NCBI GenBank assembly: GCA_965197645.1
Contig: OZ240219.1
Coordinates: 2,208,001 to 2,272,000, forward strand
Origin: Dehalococcoidia bacterium
GTDB taxonomy: Bacteria; Chloroflexota; Dehalococcoidia; Plut-88900
DNA length: 64,000 nucleotides
Direction of reading: 5' to 3'
The notes under the pieces were generated by a model. The model searched no databases. It was not told the origin of the DNA and was given only the letters and a program-made list of their open reading frames with translations. Shown piece by piece: positions 20,647-30,031 of the stretch. Positions within the stretch are counted from its first letter, which is position 1. Each line of letters opens with the position of its first letter. A program made the position numbers and the translations under genes.

Positions 20647-20865
20647 TCACGCTACTTTCCTAACCATCCAGCACATCAGATCGGCCTTGCCGCTCAGTAA
20701 CCGGACCAACGCTGTCACCTGGTAGGCCAGAGCAGGCATGATGGCGTGAAGGGTAATCTGCTGTAGACCTCGAACGCAGTGCCACTCCAACCTTCGGGAC
20801 TCCTTCATCGACTTGAGGTTTGCTCTAGAGCCTGACACTTGGCGTATAGTGCTGCCCATTCTAGG
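20647..20865 (-). pseudogene. C-terminal relic of a DDE transposase (IS4/IS5/IS1182-like), frameshifted
   Basis: EWAALYAKCQALEQT then a 1-nt shift to (F)KSMKESRRLEWHCVRGLQQITLH; resembles the Y..R..IE..F..K signature. Confidence 0.6.
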
Positions 20866-20936
20866 TTGTCTCAGTCCGGAAAACGCCAGAGACGGGGAGT
20901 GGGGCCGCCGTGGCTGGGACGGGAACCCTCGGTGGG

Positions 20937-21761
20937 TCAGAGGGGAAGCCTGAACAGCCTCCTAGCGTTGAGAGAGGTCATCGACTCCACGTCCTCCACC
21001 GGTATCTCCTGCAGCTCGGCCACCTTCTCCGCGATGTATCGGACCATCCGGGGTTCGGATACCTTGTCCATGTCGTAGGGGAAGGGACCCTCGGCGCCGG
21101 CCCTGGGGAGAACGTATCCCGGCGAATCGCTGTCCAGCACCATCTGTCCCAGGCTAAGCTCTTTGAACACGCTTCGCAGGCGCTCGGCGAGGGGATGGTG
21201 CAGGGTGACGCTGGCCGAGATGTAGATACCCAAGTCCAGGAGCTTCCTGGCCTCCTTGGGGCTGGCCTGGAAGTTATGAATCATGCCGCCCACCTCGTAC
21301 GCCTTCTCCTCCTTGAAGATGTCCGTCAGGTCCTGGCTGCTGGGCCTGTCCGAGTGCATGTTCAGCGGCAGGTCAAACTCTCTGGCTAACGTGATCATGT
21401 CTCGGAACATGTCCCGGCACTTGCTCCGATCGTCATCCGAGAGGTGGGGCGGGCCGAACATGGGGCCTTCGTAGTCCAGGCCCGTCTCGCCGATGCATAC
21501 CACCTTGGTGCTGTTTCTTATCAGGTCTCGGAACACGTCCAGCTGGTCGGGCGAGTAGGTGTCCAACGAACGAGGGTGCACGCCCACGCCGCAGTACAGG
21601 TCTTCGACCTCCTCGGCGACACGGACGATCTTCTTAGCATCCTCCAGGTCAGACGCCACGGCAACGAACGCCCCGGCGCCCAGCTCTCGGGCTGCTTGGA
21701 AATTGTGCTCTCTGTCCTCGTCGGACTTGTAGCTGAAGTGAATGTGCGAATCGATCAGCAT
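20937..21761 (-). CDS. tatD: TatD family hydrolase
   Basis: IDSHIH, GVHP, IGETGLDY, H..., DSDSP, SEP. Confidence 0.85.
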   Translation of the reverse strand: MLIDSHIHFSYKSDEDREHNFQAARELGAGAFVAVASDLEDAKKIVRVAEEVEDLYCGVGVHPRSLDTYSPDQLDVFRDLIRNSTKVVCIGETGLDYEGPMFGPPHLSDDDRSKCRDMFRDMITLAREFDLPLNMHSDRPSSQDLTDIFKEEKAYEVGGMIHNFQASPKEARKLLDLGIYISASVTLHHPLAERLRSVFKELSLGQMVLDSDSPGYVLPRAGAEGPFPYDMDKVSEPRMVRYIAEKVAELQEIPVEDVESMTSLNARRLFRLPL

Positions 21762-21847
21762 GGCGGTCCTCCCTTGTCCTGAACTCGATTCCGGTCGTGA
21801 CCGTATTATACGGCGTGAGGCCGGCTTCAATCAAAGCCCGGTGGCGC

Positions 21848-23248
21848 CTAGACGGGCGGGTGCTGTCGATGAAGCGGATTGTGCTGCTGGTAAGCGTAGG
21901 CCACTTTCAGCACGGTAGGTTCGTCGAAGGCCTTCCCCGCTATCTGCAGCCCGATAGGCAGCCCCTGGTTGCTGAACCCGCAGGGCACCGATATTGCAGG
22001 TGATCCGACCACGTTAAACAGCACCGACGTGGTCCCTCGCCTCGGTTCGAGCAGGACCATGGGATCTGAGTCCTCAAACCGCTCGGCGGGGATCATGGAA
22101 GCCGGAGACGCTATCACGTCCACCTGTTGAAACACCTTGGATATCTCTCGTTTGAAATAGGTCCTGGCTCGCTGCGCCTGGATGTAGTCCGCGCTGGAGA
22201 AGAGGGCGCCGGTGTACCCGTAGGTACGAAAGACCCGGCCTATGGATTCCGGGTTCGCCCGGAGCAGGTCTTGAAGGACGGTGAATCCCTCGGTCAGGTA
22301 GATGACGGCGCAAGTGATGTCGGCGATCTCCATGTTCGGGACGTCGATTTCGGATACCTCCGCGCCAAGCTCCTGTAGAGCGTCTACGGCCTGGTCCACA
22401 GTGCTTAGCACGTCGGGGTCTGCATCGTCGGCGGCCTCGTCGAAGAATCGGCGCATGACCCCTACCCTGACCCCTCTGATCTCCTCGGTCAGGCCTGACC
22501 GGTAGTTGGGCACGGGGGCTTTGCTGGAGGTGGGGTCCTTCGGATCGTACCCGGCTATCGCTTGAAGCATATGGGCAATGTCCTCGACGGTCCTGGTCAT
22601 CGGGCCGGCGTTGTCCAAGGACCAGCTCAAGGGCATCACGCCGTAACGACTCACCCTGCCGTTGGAGGGCAGCAGCCCGGCGATGCCGTTATGCGATGCC
22701 GGAAACCTTATCGAACCGCCCGTATCCGATCCCAACGCGCCGGCGCACAACCCGGCCGCGACCGCCACCCCCGACCCGCTACTGGACCCACTCGGCACGT
22801 GCTCAGTGTTCCAGGGATTCTTTGGTGGGCTGCCCAAGGCCGGGTCTCCGGTCATGGCCAGCTCGCTCATGTTGACCTTACCGAGAAGCACCGCTCCCGC
22901 GTCTCTGAGCCTCGCTGTGACCGTAGCGTCCTCCAAGGGTATCCGGTCTCTGTACACTTCGGACCCGCCGGAGGTGAGCACCCCCTTGGTATCGAACAGG
23001 TCCTTGAGCGCAATCGGGATGCCGTGCATCGGCCCCCGATAGTTTCCATTTTGTATCTCCGCCTCTGCCGAGCGAGCCTCCGCCAGGGCCGACTCGGGCA
23101 GGACGGTAAGGTAGCTGTCCAGAGCGCCATCGATCTCCTCTATCCGATCCAGGTAGGCACGGGTCAGCTCGACGGGAGAGAGGTCGCCGCTTTTGATCAG
23201 CCTGCTGGCTTCGTCGATGGACAGGTAGAACAGCTCTTCGCTAGCCAT
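21848..23248 (-). CDS. amidase signature family protein (GatA/AtzE-like)
   Basis: GIPIALKD, SGSSSGS, GSDTGGSIR, GLPIGLQ. Confidence 0.92.
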   Translation of the reverse strand: MASEELFYLSIDEASRLIKSGDLSPVELTRAYLDRIEEIDGALDSYLTVLPESALAEARSAEAEIQNGNYRGPMHGIPIALKDLFDTKGVLTSGGSEVYRDRIPLEDATVTARLRDAGAVLLGKVNMSELAMTGDPALGSPPKNPWNTEHVPSGSSSGSGVAVAAGLCAGALGSDTGGSIRFPASHNGIAGLLPSNGRVSRYGVMPLSWSLDNAGPMTRTVEDIAHMLQAIAGYDPKDPTSSKAPVPNYRSGLTEEIRGVRVGVMRRFFDEAADDADPDVLSTVDQAVDALQELGAEVSEIDVPNMEIADITCAVIYLTEGFTVLQDLLRANPESIGRVFRTYGYTGALFSSADYIQAQRARTYFKREISKVFQQVDVIASPASMIPAERFEDSDPMVLLEPRRGTTSVLFNVVGSPAISVPCGFSNQGLPIGLQIAGKAFDEPTVLKVAYAYQQHNPLHRQHPPV

Positions 23249-23264
23249 ACTCTTCTCACTTCCT

Positions 23265-23454
23265 CTGGCAGGGTAAGAACCCTTGCGACCATCCCCATGG
23301 CCCCCTTGCTGGCCGGGAAAAGGGTAACAATTTCATCTGAGGGACACTCCCTGGGCGGGCTCAGGGCAGGCTCTCAGACTCCCGGCCCCTAGCGGGAGGT
23401 CCCAGAACAAGAGCTTAGCCCCTCTGCACACCCCAAGTTTCATCAACCAGCTAG
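23265..23454. mobile_element. MITE-like dispersed element, copy 1
   Basis: Colinear similarity to 49051-49246, including the identical block ggctcagggcaggctctcagactcccggcccc. Confidence 0.65.
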
Positions 23455-23642
23455 GCCTGCTCGCCCTGGGGCAGGTAGGCGGTACCCACCTCCTCGCCTG
23501 TCAGGTCCAGCGCGTGCAGCTCGTCGACGAGGGGCAGGTACCCCGCCAGGGCCTCCGAGACCCAGCCGCGCTCCTCCTCGGTCAAGCTCAGCCCTGCACG
23601 TTTCAACAGCGTCTCCAGCTCGGAATCATCGAACTCCGGCAT
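23451..23642 (-). CDS. small GatC/AtzG-like amidase partner protein
   Basis: 63 aa, L..AGL.L.EE...L pattern, GGAGG RBS, directly upstream of the amidase. Confidence 0.6.
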   Translation of the reverse strand: MPEFDDSELETLLKRAGLSLTEEERGWVSEALAGYLPLVDELHALDLTGEEVGTAYLPQGEQA

Positions 23643-23680
23643 CTATCCCTCCTGTCGTGGCGACTGGATAATGCCCTTCT

Positions 23681-24469
23681 TCATACCAATTCTCCTCGTA
23701 AGACCGTGACCGCTTGGCCACTGATGTAGACCCGGTCGTCCCGCACACGGACCCGCAGCACGCCACCGCGTGAAGAAGCCTGGTAGGCCACAAACTCCAG
23801 CTTTCCCAACCGCTTTGCCCAGAAGGGTCCCAGGCAGCAGTGGGCAGAACCGGTTACCGGATCCTCAGCGATGCCCGACCTGGGAGCGAAGAACCTGGAA
23901 ACGAAATCGTACCCGGATGTTCCGGCGCGGGCGGTCACGATTACGCCTCGACAGTCCACCTTGGCCAACCGGCCTATGTCCGGGCTGAGCTCCCTGACCA
24001 TCTCTTCCGATTCCACCTGCACCAGGTAGTCGGAGCCGTTCCTACCTACGTACAGGGGCACCGCGCCCAGGGCTTCTACGAGGCCATCTGGAGGGACGGC
24101 CTCCGTCTCCGGCTTCGCCGGGAAATCCAGCTCGATCCAGCCGTTCGCCTGTCGGGCCAGCAACAGCCCGCTCCTCGTGTTGAACCGGGCCTGGCTATCG
24201 GGTCCTATGCGGCCTTGCTCCCAGAGGACGTGGGCGCTGGCCAGGGTGGCGTGTCCGCACAGGTCCACCTCGGTGGTCGGGGTGAACCAGCGCAGGTCGT
24301 AGCCGTCGCCGTTGGGGTGCAGGAACGCAGTCTCGGATAGGTTCATCTCCAGGGCCACGTGCCGCATCCAGCCTTCTTCCGCAGGCCCGTCCAATACGCA
24401 GACAGCTGCCGGATTGCCGCTGAAAGGTCTATCCGTGAATGCATCCACCTGGACTATCTCGAGACCCAC
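23681..24469 (-). CDS. PhzF/YddE family isomerase/epimerase
   Basis: QVDAFT...GNPA, NLSETAF, EVDLCGHAT, EDPVTGSAH. Confidence 0.92.
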   Translation of the reverse strand: MGLEIVQVDAFTDRPFSGNPAAVCVLDGPAEEGWMRHVALEMNLSETAFLHPNGDGYDLRWFTPTTEVDLCGHATLASAHVLWEQGRIGPDSQARFNTRSGLLLARQANGWIELDFPAKPETEAVPPDGLVEALGAVPLYVGRNGSDYLVQVESEEMVRELSPDIGRLAKVDCRGVIVTARAGTSGYDFVSRFFAPRSGIAEDPVTGSAHCCLGPFWAKRLGKLEFVAYQASSRGGVLRVRVRDDRVYISGQAVTVLRGELV

Positions 24470-24485
24470 GAAGGTCCCTCCTATC

Positions 24486-25631
24486 TCAGGCCACCGCCGA
24501 TTCCAGCTCCTCCATGGTCAGCTCTATCCCGAAGCCCGGCGCATCGCTGGGCACCAGGTAGCCGTTCTTGGGAAGGGCCATCCCGGGGGTGGGGCGCATC
24601 CCATCGTAGAGGGACGCGCCGGCAGCCGTCTCCATGAACATCTCCCCGTAGGTGTTGCTCGGCATAGCGTAGCAGACGTGCTGGCCGTAGGCATCGTTGG
24701 AGCCGAGGTGCATCATCACCTGGATGCCGGCCGCCTCGGCGATGTGGCAAATCTTGACAGAAGCCGTCACGCCACCGACGTACTGGATGTCCGGCTGGAA
24801 GATATCCACCAGCTGTCTGCCGGCCGCATCCAGAAAGGGTAGTGGGGTGTGCCAGCGTTCACCTGAGGAAAGGGTCTGCCAGGGCACGCGTCTGCGTATC
24901 TGCTCGTAGTTTCGAAAATCATCGGGGACCAGGAAGTCCTCCACCCACTTCAGCCTGTAAGGCCTCAGCAGCTCGATCTGCCGAACGATGAACTCCACGT
25001 CCGATACCGAGGAGTAGAAGTCCATCATCAACTCAGTCCCGTCACCGATCTGCTCCCTGGTCTCCGATGCGTTCTTCTCGTTCCTGGCAAGGGCGGCCAG
25101 CTTATCGTTGGGCGTCCGGGCGCCTAACAGCTTGACCGCCTTGAATCCCAACTCCATGTACCACTCGATGTCGTGGCCAGTGGCGTAGCACGTAGTGCGG
25201 TCCTTGGCCGGCCCGCCCAGCAGCTCATACACGGGTGTCCGGAGCAGTTTGCCTTTCAGGTCCCACAGTGCGAGGTCCACAGCGCTCACTGCGTGGCTGG
25301 CCAGCCCGGTTACGCCGTAGTGGGTCGAGGCTTGGAACATCAGGTTATAGGCCAGCTCCGTGGCCATGCAGTTACGTCCGCGGAGCAGCGGCGCGAAGTG
25401 ATCGTTGATGATGGAGGGGATGGGCCCGGTGTGGCTGGTCATCCCCATGCCCCACGTCCCATCTTCGGCGGTGGCGATGCACACCACCTGGCCCCAGTCC
25501 GGAGTGTAGCTGGTGGCCGTGAAGCGGTCATCGGAATCGAGGCCGGTATACCAAGCCGCCTTCGGCGCATCCGGATCGCCGAACTTACCGATCCCACCCA
25601 TCGGGACTGCGCGAATGTCTTTGATCTTCAT
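24486..25631 (-). CDS. enolase-superfamily (mandelate racemase type) dehydratase, L-rhamnonate dehydratase-like
   Basis: SAVDLALWDLKGK, metal ligands D/E/E (LMMD, WVED, SGE), QPD. Confidence 0.85.
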   Translation of the reverse strand: MKIKDIRAVPMGGIGKFGDPDAPKAAWYTGLDSDDRFTATSYTPDWGQVVCIATAEDGTWGMGMTSHTGPIPSIINDHFAPLLRGRNCMATELAYNLMFQASTHYGVTGLASHAVSAVDLALWDLKGKLLRTPVYELLGGPAKDRTTCYATGHDIEWYMELGFKAVKLLGARTPNDKLAALARNEKNASETREQIGDGTELMMDFYSSVSDVEFIVRQIELLRPYRLKWVEDFLVPDDFRNYEQIRRRVPWQTLSSGERWHTPLPFLDAAGRQLVDIFQPDIQYVGGVTASVKICHIAEAAGIQVMMHLGSNDAYGQHVCYAMPSNTYGEMFMETAAGASLYDGMRPTPGMALPKNGYLVPSDAPGFGIELTMEELESAVA

Positions 25632-25686
25632 GGCGATTTACTCCTTTTCAGCGGCTGTAGCCTTCCGACGTGAAATTGCGAAGGGA

Positions 25687-26568
25687 CTAGGTGTGGCCAC
25701 GGGCCTCACCGATGCGGCTTTTCTTTCTTGTTATGGGCAGCACCTCGTTGAGGCTGCCCGATCGGAACCCATCCATGTCCAACGTGACATAAGAGTACCC
25801 TATAGTGCGGAGATACTCGGTTATGCTGCTCCTGGTCGCCCCGTCGAGGAGGACGGGGAAATCGTCGGGGTGCACCTCGATCCTGGCGACGGCATCGTGG
25901 TGACGCACCCTGAGCTGTGTTATTCCCAGGCCTCGCAGGAACTCCTCCGCCTTGGCGATCCGGTCCAGCGCCTCCACGGTGACCGGCGTGCCGTAGGGTA
26001 TGCGGGAGGAGAGGCAGGCTTGGGCCGGCTTGTCCCAGGTGGGAAGGCCCATCTCTTTGGATAGCGCTCGTATCTCCGCCTTGTTGAGCCCCACCTCGAC
26101 CATTGGACTTCGCACACGGTAGTCCTTGGCCGCTTTCAAGCCGGGCCGAAAATCCCCCAGATCGTCGGTGTTGGCGCCGTTGGCTATCGATGCGAACCCC
26201 TCTTCCTCTGCCAGCTTCGTGAGCACGGTGTACAGCTCGTCCTTGCAGAAGTAGCAGCGGTTGGGCCTGTTTGCCTGATAGTCGGCCCTCTCCACCTCGT
26301 TGGTGCGGATGACCCGATGGTTCAGCCCGAGGCGGCTCGCCAAGGCTACCGCATCATCCAGCTCTGACGGCGCCAGGCTGGGCGAGGCGGCGGTGACGGA
26401 CAGGGACCGGTACCCCAGGACCTGATGGGCCGTGTTGGCGAGAAAAGCGCTGTCAACGCCGCCCGAATAGGCCACTATCACCGAGCCCATCTCCCGGAGG
26501 AGTGAGTTTAGGTCGGCCAGTTTCTCCGTCGCGTCTTTGGCGCGTTCGGTCTCAGGCTTGAGTTTCAT
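25687..26568 (-). CDS. larE: ATP-dependent sulfur transferase LarE
   Basis: PP-loop SGGVDS, RCYFCK, DDLGDFRPG, ACLSSRIPYG, FRSGSLN. Confidence 0.9.
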   Translation of the reverse strand: MKLKPETERAKDATEKLADLNSLLREMGSVIVAYSGGVDSAFLANTAHQVLGYRSLSVTAASPSLAPSELDDAVALASRLGLNHRVIRTNEVERADYQANRPNRCYFCKDELYTVLTKLAEEEGFASIANGANTDDLGDFRPGLKAAKDYRVRSPMVEVGLNKAEIRALSKEMGLPTWDKPAQACLSSRIPYGTPVTVEALDRIAKAEEFLRGLGITQLRVRHHDAVARIEVHPDDFPVLLDGATRSSITEYLRTIGYSYVTLDMDGFRSGSLNEVLPITRKKSRIGEARGHT

Positions 26569-26577
26569 GGGGATGCT

Positions 26578-27729
26578 TCACTGTATGACGGCCAGGTCCG
26601 GTGTACCGTCGTTGAGTTGCTCCAGTCCGTCTGCGGTCAGGTGGTAGCAGGCGCCTATGAGAATGCCTATCTCGTCCTCGGGGACCTGTAGGCAGGTGTG
26701 CAGATAGAAGACCATCCCCGGCTGGAATATCTCGTCCGACTCACGAATGATGCTTAGCGGGTCGAGCCAGCTGGGTGGATAGGCCGCCGAGATGCCCACC
26801 CCGAACCTCATGGGAGCATAGTCGGCCAGGCCCTTGTCCTCCAACGGCCTCAGCGAAGCTTCTTCGGCTTCCGATACAGGGCCTCCGACGTGAATGGCAT
26901 CCGTTCCCGCCTGTAGCGCCTCCGCGGCGGCGGCATGCAGCTCCACCGTCCTCGCCGACGGCTCTCCCAACGAGTAGGTCTTCATCGCCACACACTGATA
27001 GCGGCGAGCTACTCCGGCGAACTCGACGTGGACCAGGTCTCCCGGCTCCATCTCCCGGTCGACGGCCAGTGCATGCCCGCCAGGCGTGCGAGACCCGGAG
27101 GCGACCCATGTCGGCATCGCCGCATAGTCGCTGCCCCTGGACCTCATCGCGTACTCGATCTCCGCCGCCAGCTGTATTTCGGTAATTCCAGGACGGGAGC
27201 TGGTCAACACTGTTTCCATGCCGGCGTTCACGTACTGCGCCGCCTGCCGGATGTATCCAAGCTCCGCCTCCGACTTTATGAGCCTCGCCCTCCCTACGAT
27301 GTTCGTGCTGTCTTCGACAGTACTGCCGCCCAGGGCATCCTTGAGCTTCTGGGCGTAGGCCGCGGTCAGAGCATAGCTCTGCAGGTCCAGCCCGATCTTG
27401 CCGCCCAGGATCCCCTTCTCTTTGGCGACGCTCGCGATGACCTCCGCAGGACTCTCGGCGCCGTAGTGATACGTTCTGACGTCCTGCACCCACGATGTCT
27501 CCTGGGCCAGAGGTACGTCCACGTCCCGGATTACCAGGGTGGGTTCATCGTCACCCGTGGTGAAGACCAGCCCCTGCTCGCTGAAGTGGGTATGGGCGTC
27601 GTACCCCCCGATGTAGTACAGGTGCTCGGGCGCTACGCAGACGCACCCGTTGATTCCTGCCTGGCGCAGGTTTTCCCTGGCCCTTTCCAAACGCTCTCGA
27701 TGTTCCGACTCGGGAAATGCCGGTCCCAA
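26578..27729 (-). CDS. M24 (creatinase/ectoine hydrolase DoeA-like) hydrolase
   Basis: E..ERL, RLIKSEAEL, EFAG..RRY, YPPSW; the canonical Xaa-Pro metal ligand set is not evident. Confidence 0.75.
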   Translation of the reverse strand: MGPAFPESEHRERLERARENLRQAGINGCVCVAPEHLYYIGGYDAHTHFSEQGLVFTTGDDEPTLVIRDVDVPLAQETSWVQDVRTYHYGAESPAEVIASVAKEKGILGGKIGLDLQSYALTAAYAQKLKDALGGSTVEDSTNIVGRARLIKSEAELGYIRQAAQYVNAGMETVLTSSRPGITEIQLAAEIEYAMRSRGSDYAAMPTWVASGSRTPGGHALAVDREMEPGDLVHVEFAGVARRYQCVAMKTYSLGEPSARTVELHAAAAEALQAGTDAIHVGGPVSEAEEASLRPLEDKGLADYAPMRFGVGISAAYPPSWLDPLSIIRESDEIFQPGMVFYLHTCLQVPEDEIGILIGACYHLTADGLEQLNDGTPDLAVIQ

Positions 27730-27742
27730 TTCTTGCCTCCTA

Positions 27743-28999
27743 TCAGTCCAGAACTGCTATAGCTTCGATTTCGATTAACGCGTTGGGATTGAGTATCCGG
27801 TTGCAGATCGTCGTGGTGACGGCGGGCAGTGAGTCGCCGAAGAACTCTCGCCGTACCTCGGCGGCCTCGGCGTAGCCCGGCAGGCCCGCCTCGTCGATGT
27901 AGTCGGTTATCTTGACCACGTCCCTGAAGCCGGCGCCTCCGGCTTCGAGCACCTCGGCGATGTTGCGGTAAGTCTGGCGGGCCTGGGCCGCAATGCCTCC
28001 TTCGGCCAGCTTGCCGGTGGACCTGTCCTGGCCCGTCGCCCCCGACACGAAGAACAGGTTCCCCTTCTTCACTCCGGGCATGAACGTCAGGCCCTGGGCC
28101 AACGCCCGGTCCGCCATCACGATCTCCCGCTTCCCTTCCTTCACCGCCACCATGTTGATCTCGATAAGCCAGTCGGGGGCGAAGAGGGCCACGATCACCA
28201 CGCCTGTGGAGGCGGGAAACTCGTCTCCAAAGATCTCATGACGAATGTCTGCGGTGGCCCGGTAGAAGGGTCGAGCCGCCGGGACGATGTAGTCCCGGGT
28301 CATGATAACGTCTTCAAAGGTCAGCCCGGCGTCGCCCAGTATCAGCTCGAATTTCTCGTACAGGAAGCGGGTCTGCTCGACGAGGGTCTCGTGGGAGTGG
28401 ACCTGCCACTTCTCGTCCAGGTACCAGGGGGCCTGCCCCGCCGACCAGAGAACTCCGTTCTTGTAAACGCCGGGCCGGTTGGTGCCCCACTCGTAGAACT
28501 GGGCAGCCTTGTCGGGTTCCGGCGGGAAGCCGGGATTGATGTATCGTTTCTCGCCTGGCCTCATGTCCAGCGTCAGATCGGAGTTGACGGTGGCCCCGAG
28601 GTTGAGATTGCCCTGTACGAATATGCCGGTCCCCGGGGCGTAGTTCTTCCCGAACGACTCCTCCCACGCCGGCGGTCGTTTCGGTGGGCCCAGATTGCTC
28701 CAGGCCTGGTCCCGGATCGGCTTTCCTCCCGCGCTGCCTTGGAACAGGTCCAGGTTCACCAGGTGCTCCGGTCCGGCGCCCGCAGCCTCGATGAGGGTGC
28801 GCTGCTTCTCCATGACCACCGACATCTGCTCTTCGGCGTCGCCGGCGCACCCAATCCTGCCCGTATCCGGGTTCTCCCGTTCCGCCGTCTGGCCGGACAG
28901 GAACAGCAGCCCGCCCTTTTCCACGGCCAGCGAGTAGGGGAGGTCCATGTAGTCGAAATAGGGCCAGCTAGCGGGTTTGATGATTCGCTTATCGGCCAT
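27743..28999 (-). CDS. Rid (YjgF/YER057c/UK114) family protein with three tandem domains
   Basis: Three repeats of (L/F/W)xSG/AGQ ... Q...L..AG....V... IE; ATG 28999 with GGAGG RBS overlaps the upstream stop. Confidence 0.8.
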   Translation of the reverse strand: MADKRIIKPASWPYFDYMDLPYSLAVEKGGLLFLSGQTAERENPDTGRIGCAGDAEEQMSVVMEKQRTLIEAAGAGPEHLVNLDLFQGSAGGKPIRDQAWSNLGPPKRPPAWEESFGKNYAPGTGIFVQGNLNLGATVNSDLTLDMRPGEKRYINPGFPPEPDKAAQFYEWGTNRPGVYKNGVLWSAGQAPWYLDEKWQVHSHETLVEQTRFLYEKFELILGDAGLTFEDVIMTRDYIVPAARPFYRATADIRHEIFGDEFPASTGVVIVALFAPDWLIEINMVAVKEGKREIVMADRALAQGLTFMPGVKKGNLFFVSGATGQDRSTGKLAEGGIAAQARQTYRNIAEVLEAGGAGFRDVVKITDYIDEAGLPGYAEAAEVRREFFGDSLPAVTTTICNRILNPNALIEIEAIAVLD

Positions 29000-29906
29000 C
29001 CGTTCCTCCACCGGTCTGGTCCAACCCCAGAATGCGGGCTGCGTTGAGGCCGAGTATCGCCTCGACATCGTTATCGGTCAACTTCACGCCGAACCTCCGG
29101 CCCGTGGTTGGCAGCTCCCGGAAGACGTTGACGCAATCCATCAAGGGCATCGTACTTCGGAGGCCGGGGAAGTCGCTGCCCCACACCACCCGCTCGATGC
29201 CGAGTCGGTTTCTCATGCGGTCTATCGCGCTTACATACTCTTCCGGTTCGTCGTTGAGGAGTCCCTGCCATTCGGAGAGCTCCAGTATCATGTTGGGGTG
29301 ACTTCGAGCCACCGTAATGCAGTCTTGCCACCAATCGCCGCCGGCGTGTCCCATTATCATTACCAGATTGGGAAAGTCTGCAGCAACCTGATCGTACTCC
29401 AGGGGATGGGTGAACCTGCTGTAGAGGCTGGGATGAATCCCCGGCCCCGAGTGGAACAGCACCGGAATCCCGTGACTTACGCACAGCTCGTAGATCGGGT
29501 AGCATGCCCTATCGTGCGGGAAGTAGCCCACCGTCGGGTGAAACTTGATGCCCCGAACGCCCGACTCTCTTATCGCACAGTCAAAACGGTCGGCCGCACC
29601 GGGTCTGCGTGGGTCGATCCCATAGAACGGAATGATGCGGTCCGGATACAGCTCGCCGGCCCTGGTGATAAAAAGGTTCTCCTCATCGATGTTGAAGGGC
29701 GCCGGACCCAAACGAGGCTCGAAGTCGGCGACGAAGAGGACACTCCGGTCTATTCCGGCGCCGTCCATCTCCTCTACGGTCTCCTTAGCCGTCTCCTCCC
29801 AATCGAAGGTTACGGGTGGAGGCGGTACGTGTCCCGGTACCCCCGCGTAGGCCTCGGGGAACCGTTCCTGTACCGACCACATGTGCCTGTGTATGTCGAT
29901 TATCAT
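28989..29906 (-). CDS. amidohydrolase 2 family protein
   Basis: IDIHRH, GIKFHP, FHSG, MGHAG, WGSDFP. Confidence 0.88.
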   Translation of the reverse strand: MIIDIHRHMWSVQERFPEAYAGVPGHVPPPPVTFDWEETAKETVEEMDGAGIDRSVLFVADFEPRLGPAPFNIDEENLFITRAGELYPDRIIPFYGIDPRRPGAADRFDCAIRESGVRGIKFHPTVGYFPHDRACYPIYELCVSHGIPVLFHSGPGIHPSLYSRFTHPLEYDQVAADFPNLVMIMGHAGGDWWQDCITVARSHPNMILELSEWQGLLNDEPEEYVSAIDRMRNRLGIERVVWGSDFPGLRSTMPLMDCVNVFRELPTTGRRFGVKLTDNDVEAILGLNAARILGLDQTGGGTDGR

Positions 29907-30031
29907 GACGCCGATAAGGGCATGGCGCTAACGATGGCTCAGCGTTGGCGCCGCAGTGATGCCAGCATTATAAACCGAAAACTGGTAACCTTTCTCGATG
30001 AAGGAATCATAGCGAGGTTGAGAGGACTTAC

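Noticed and set aside
21848-23642. gatC-gatA call
   Set aside because: No gatB is adjacent and the small protein lacks typical GatC length and its C-terminal motif; better described as an amidase plus a small partner.
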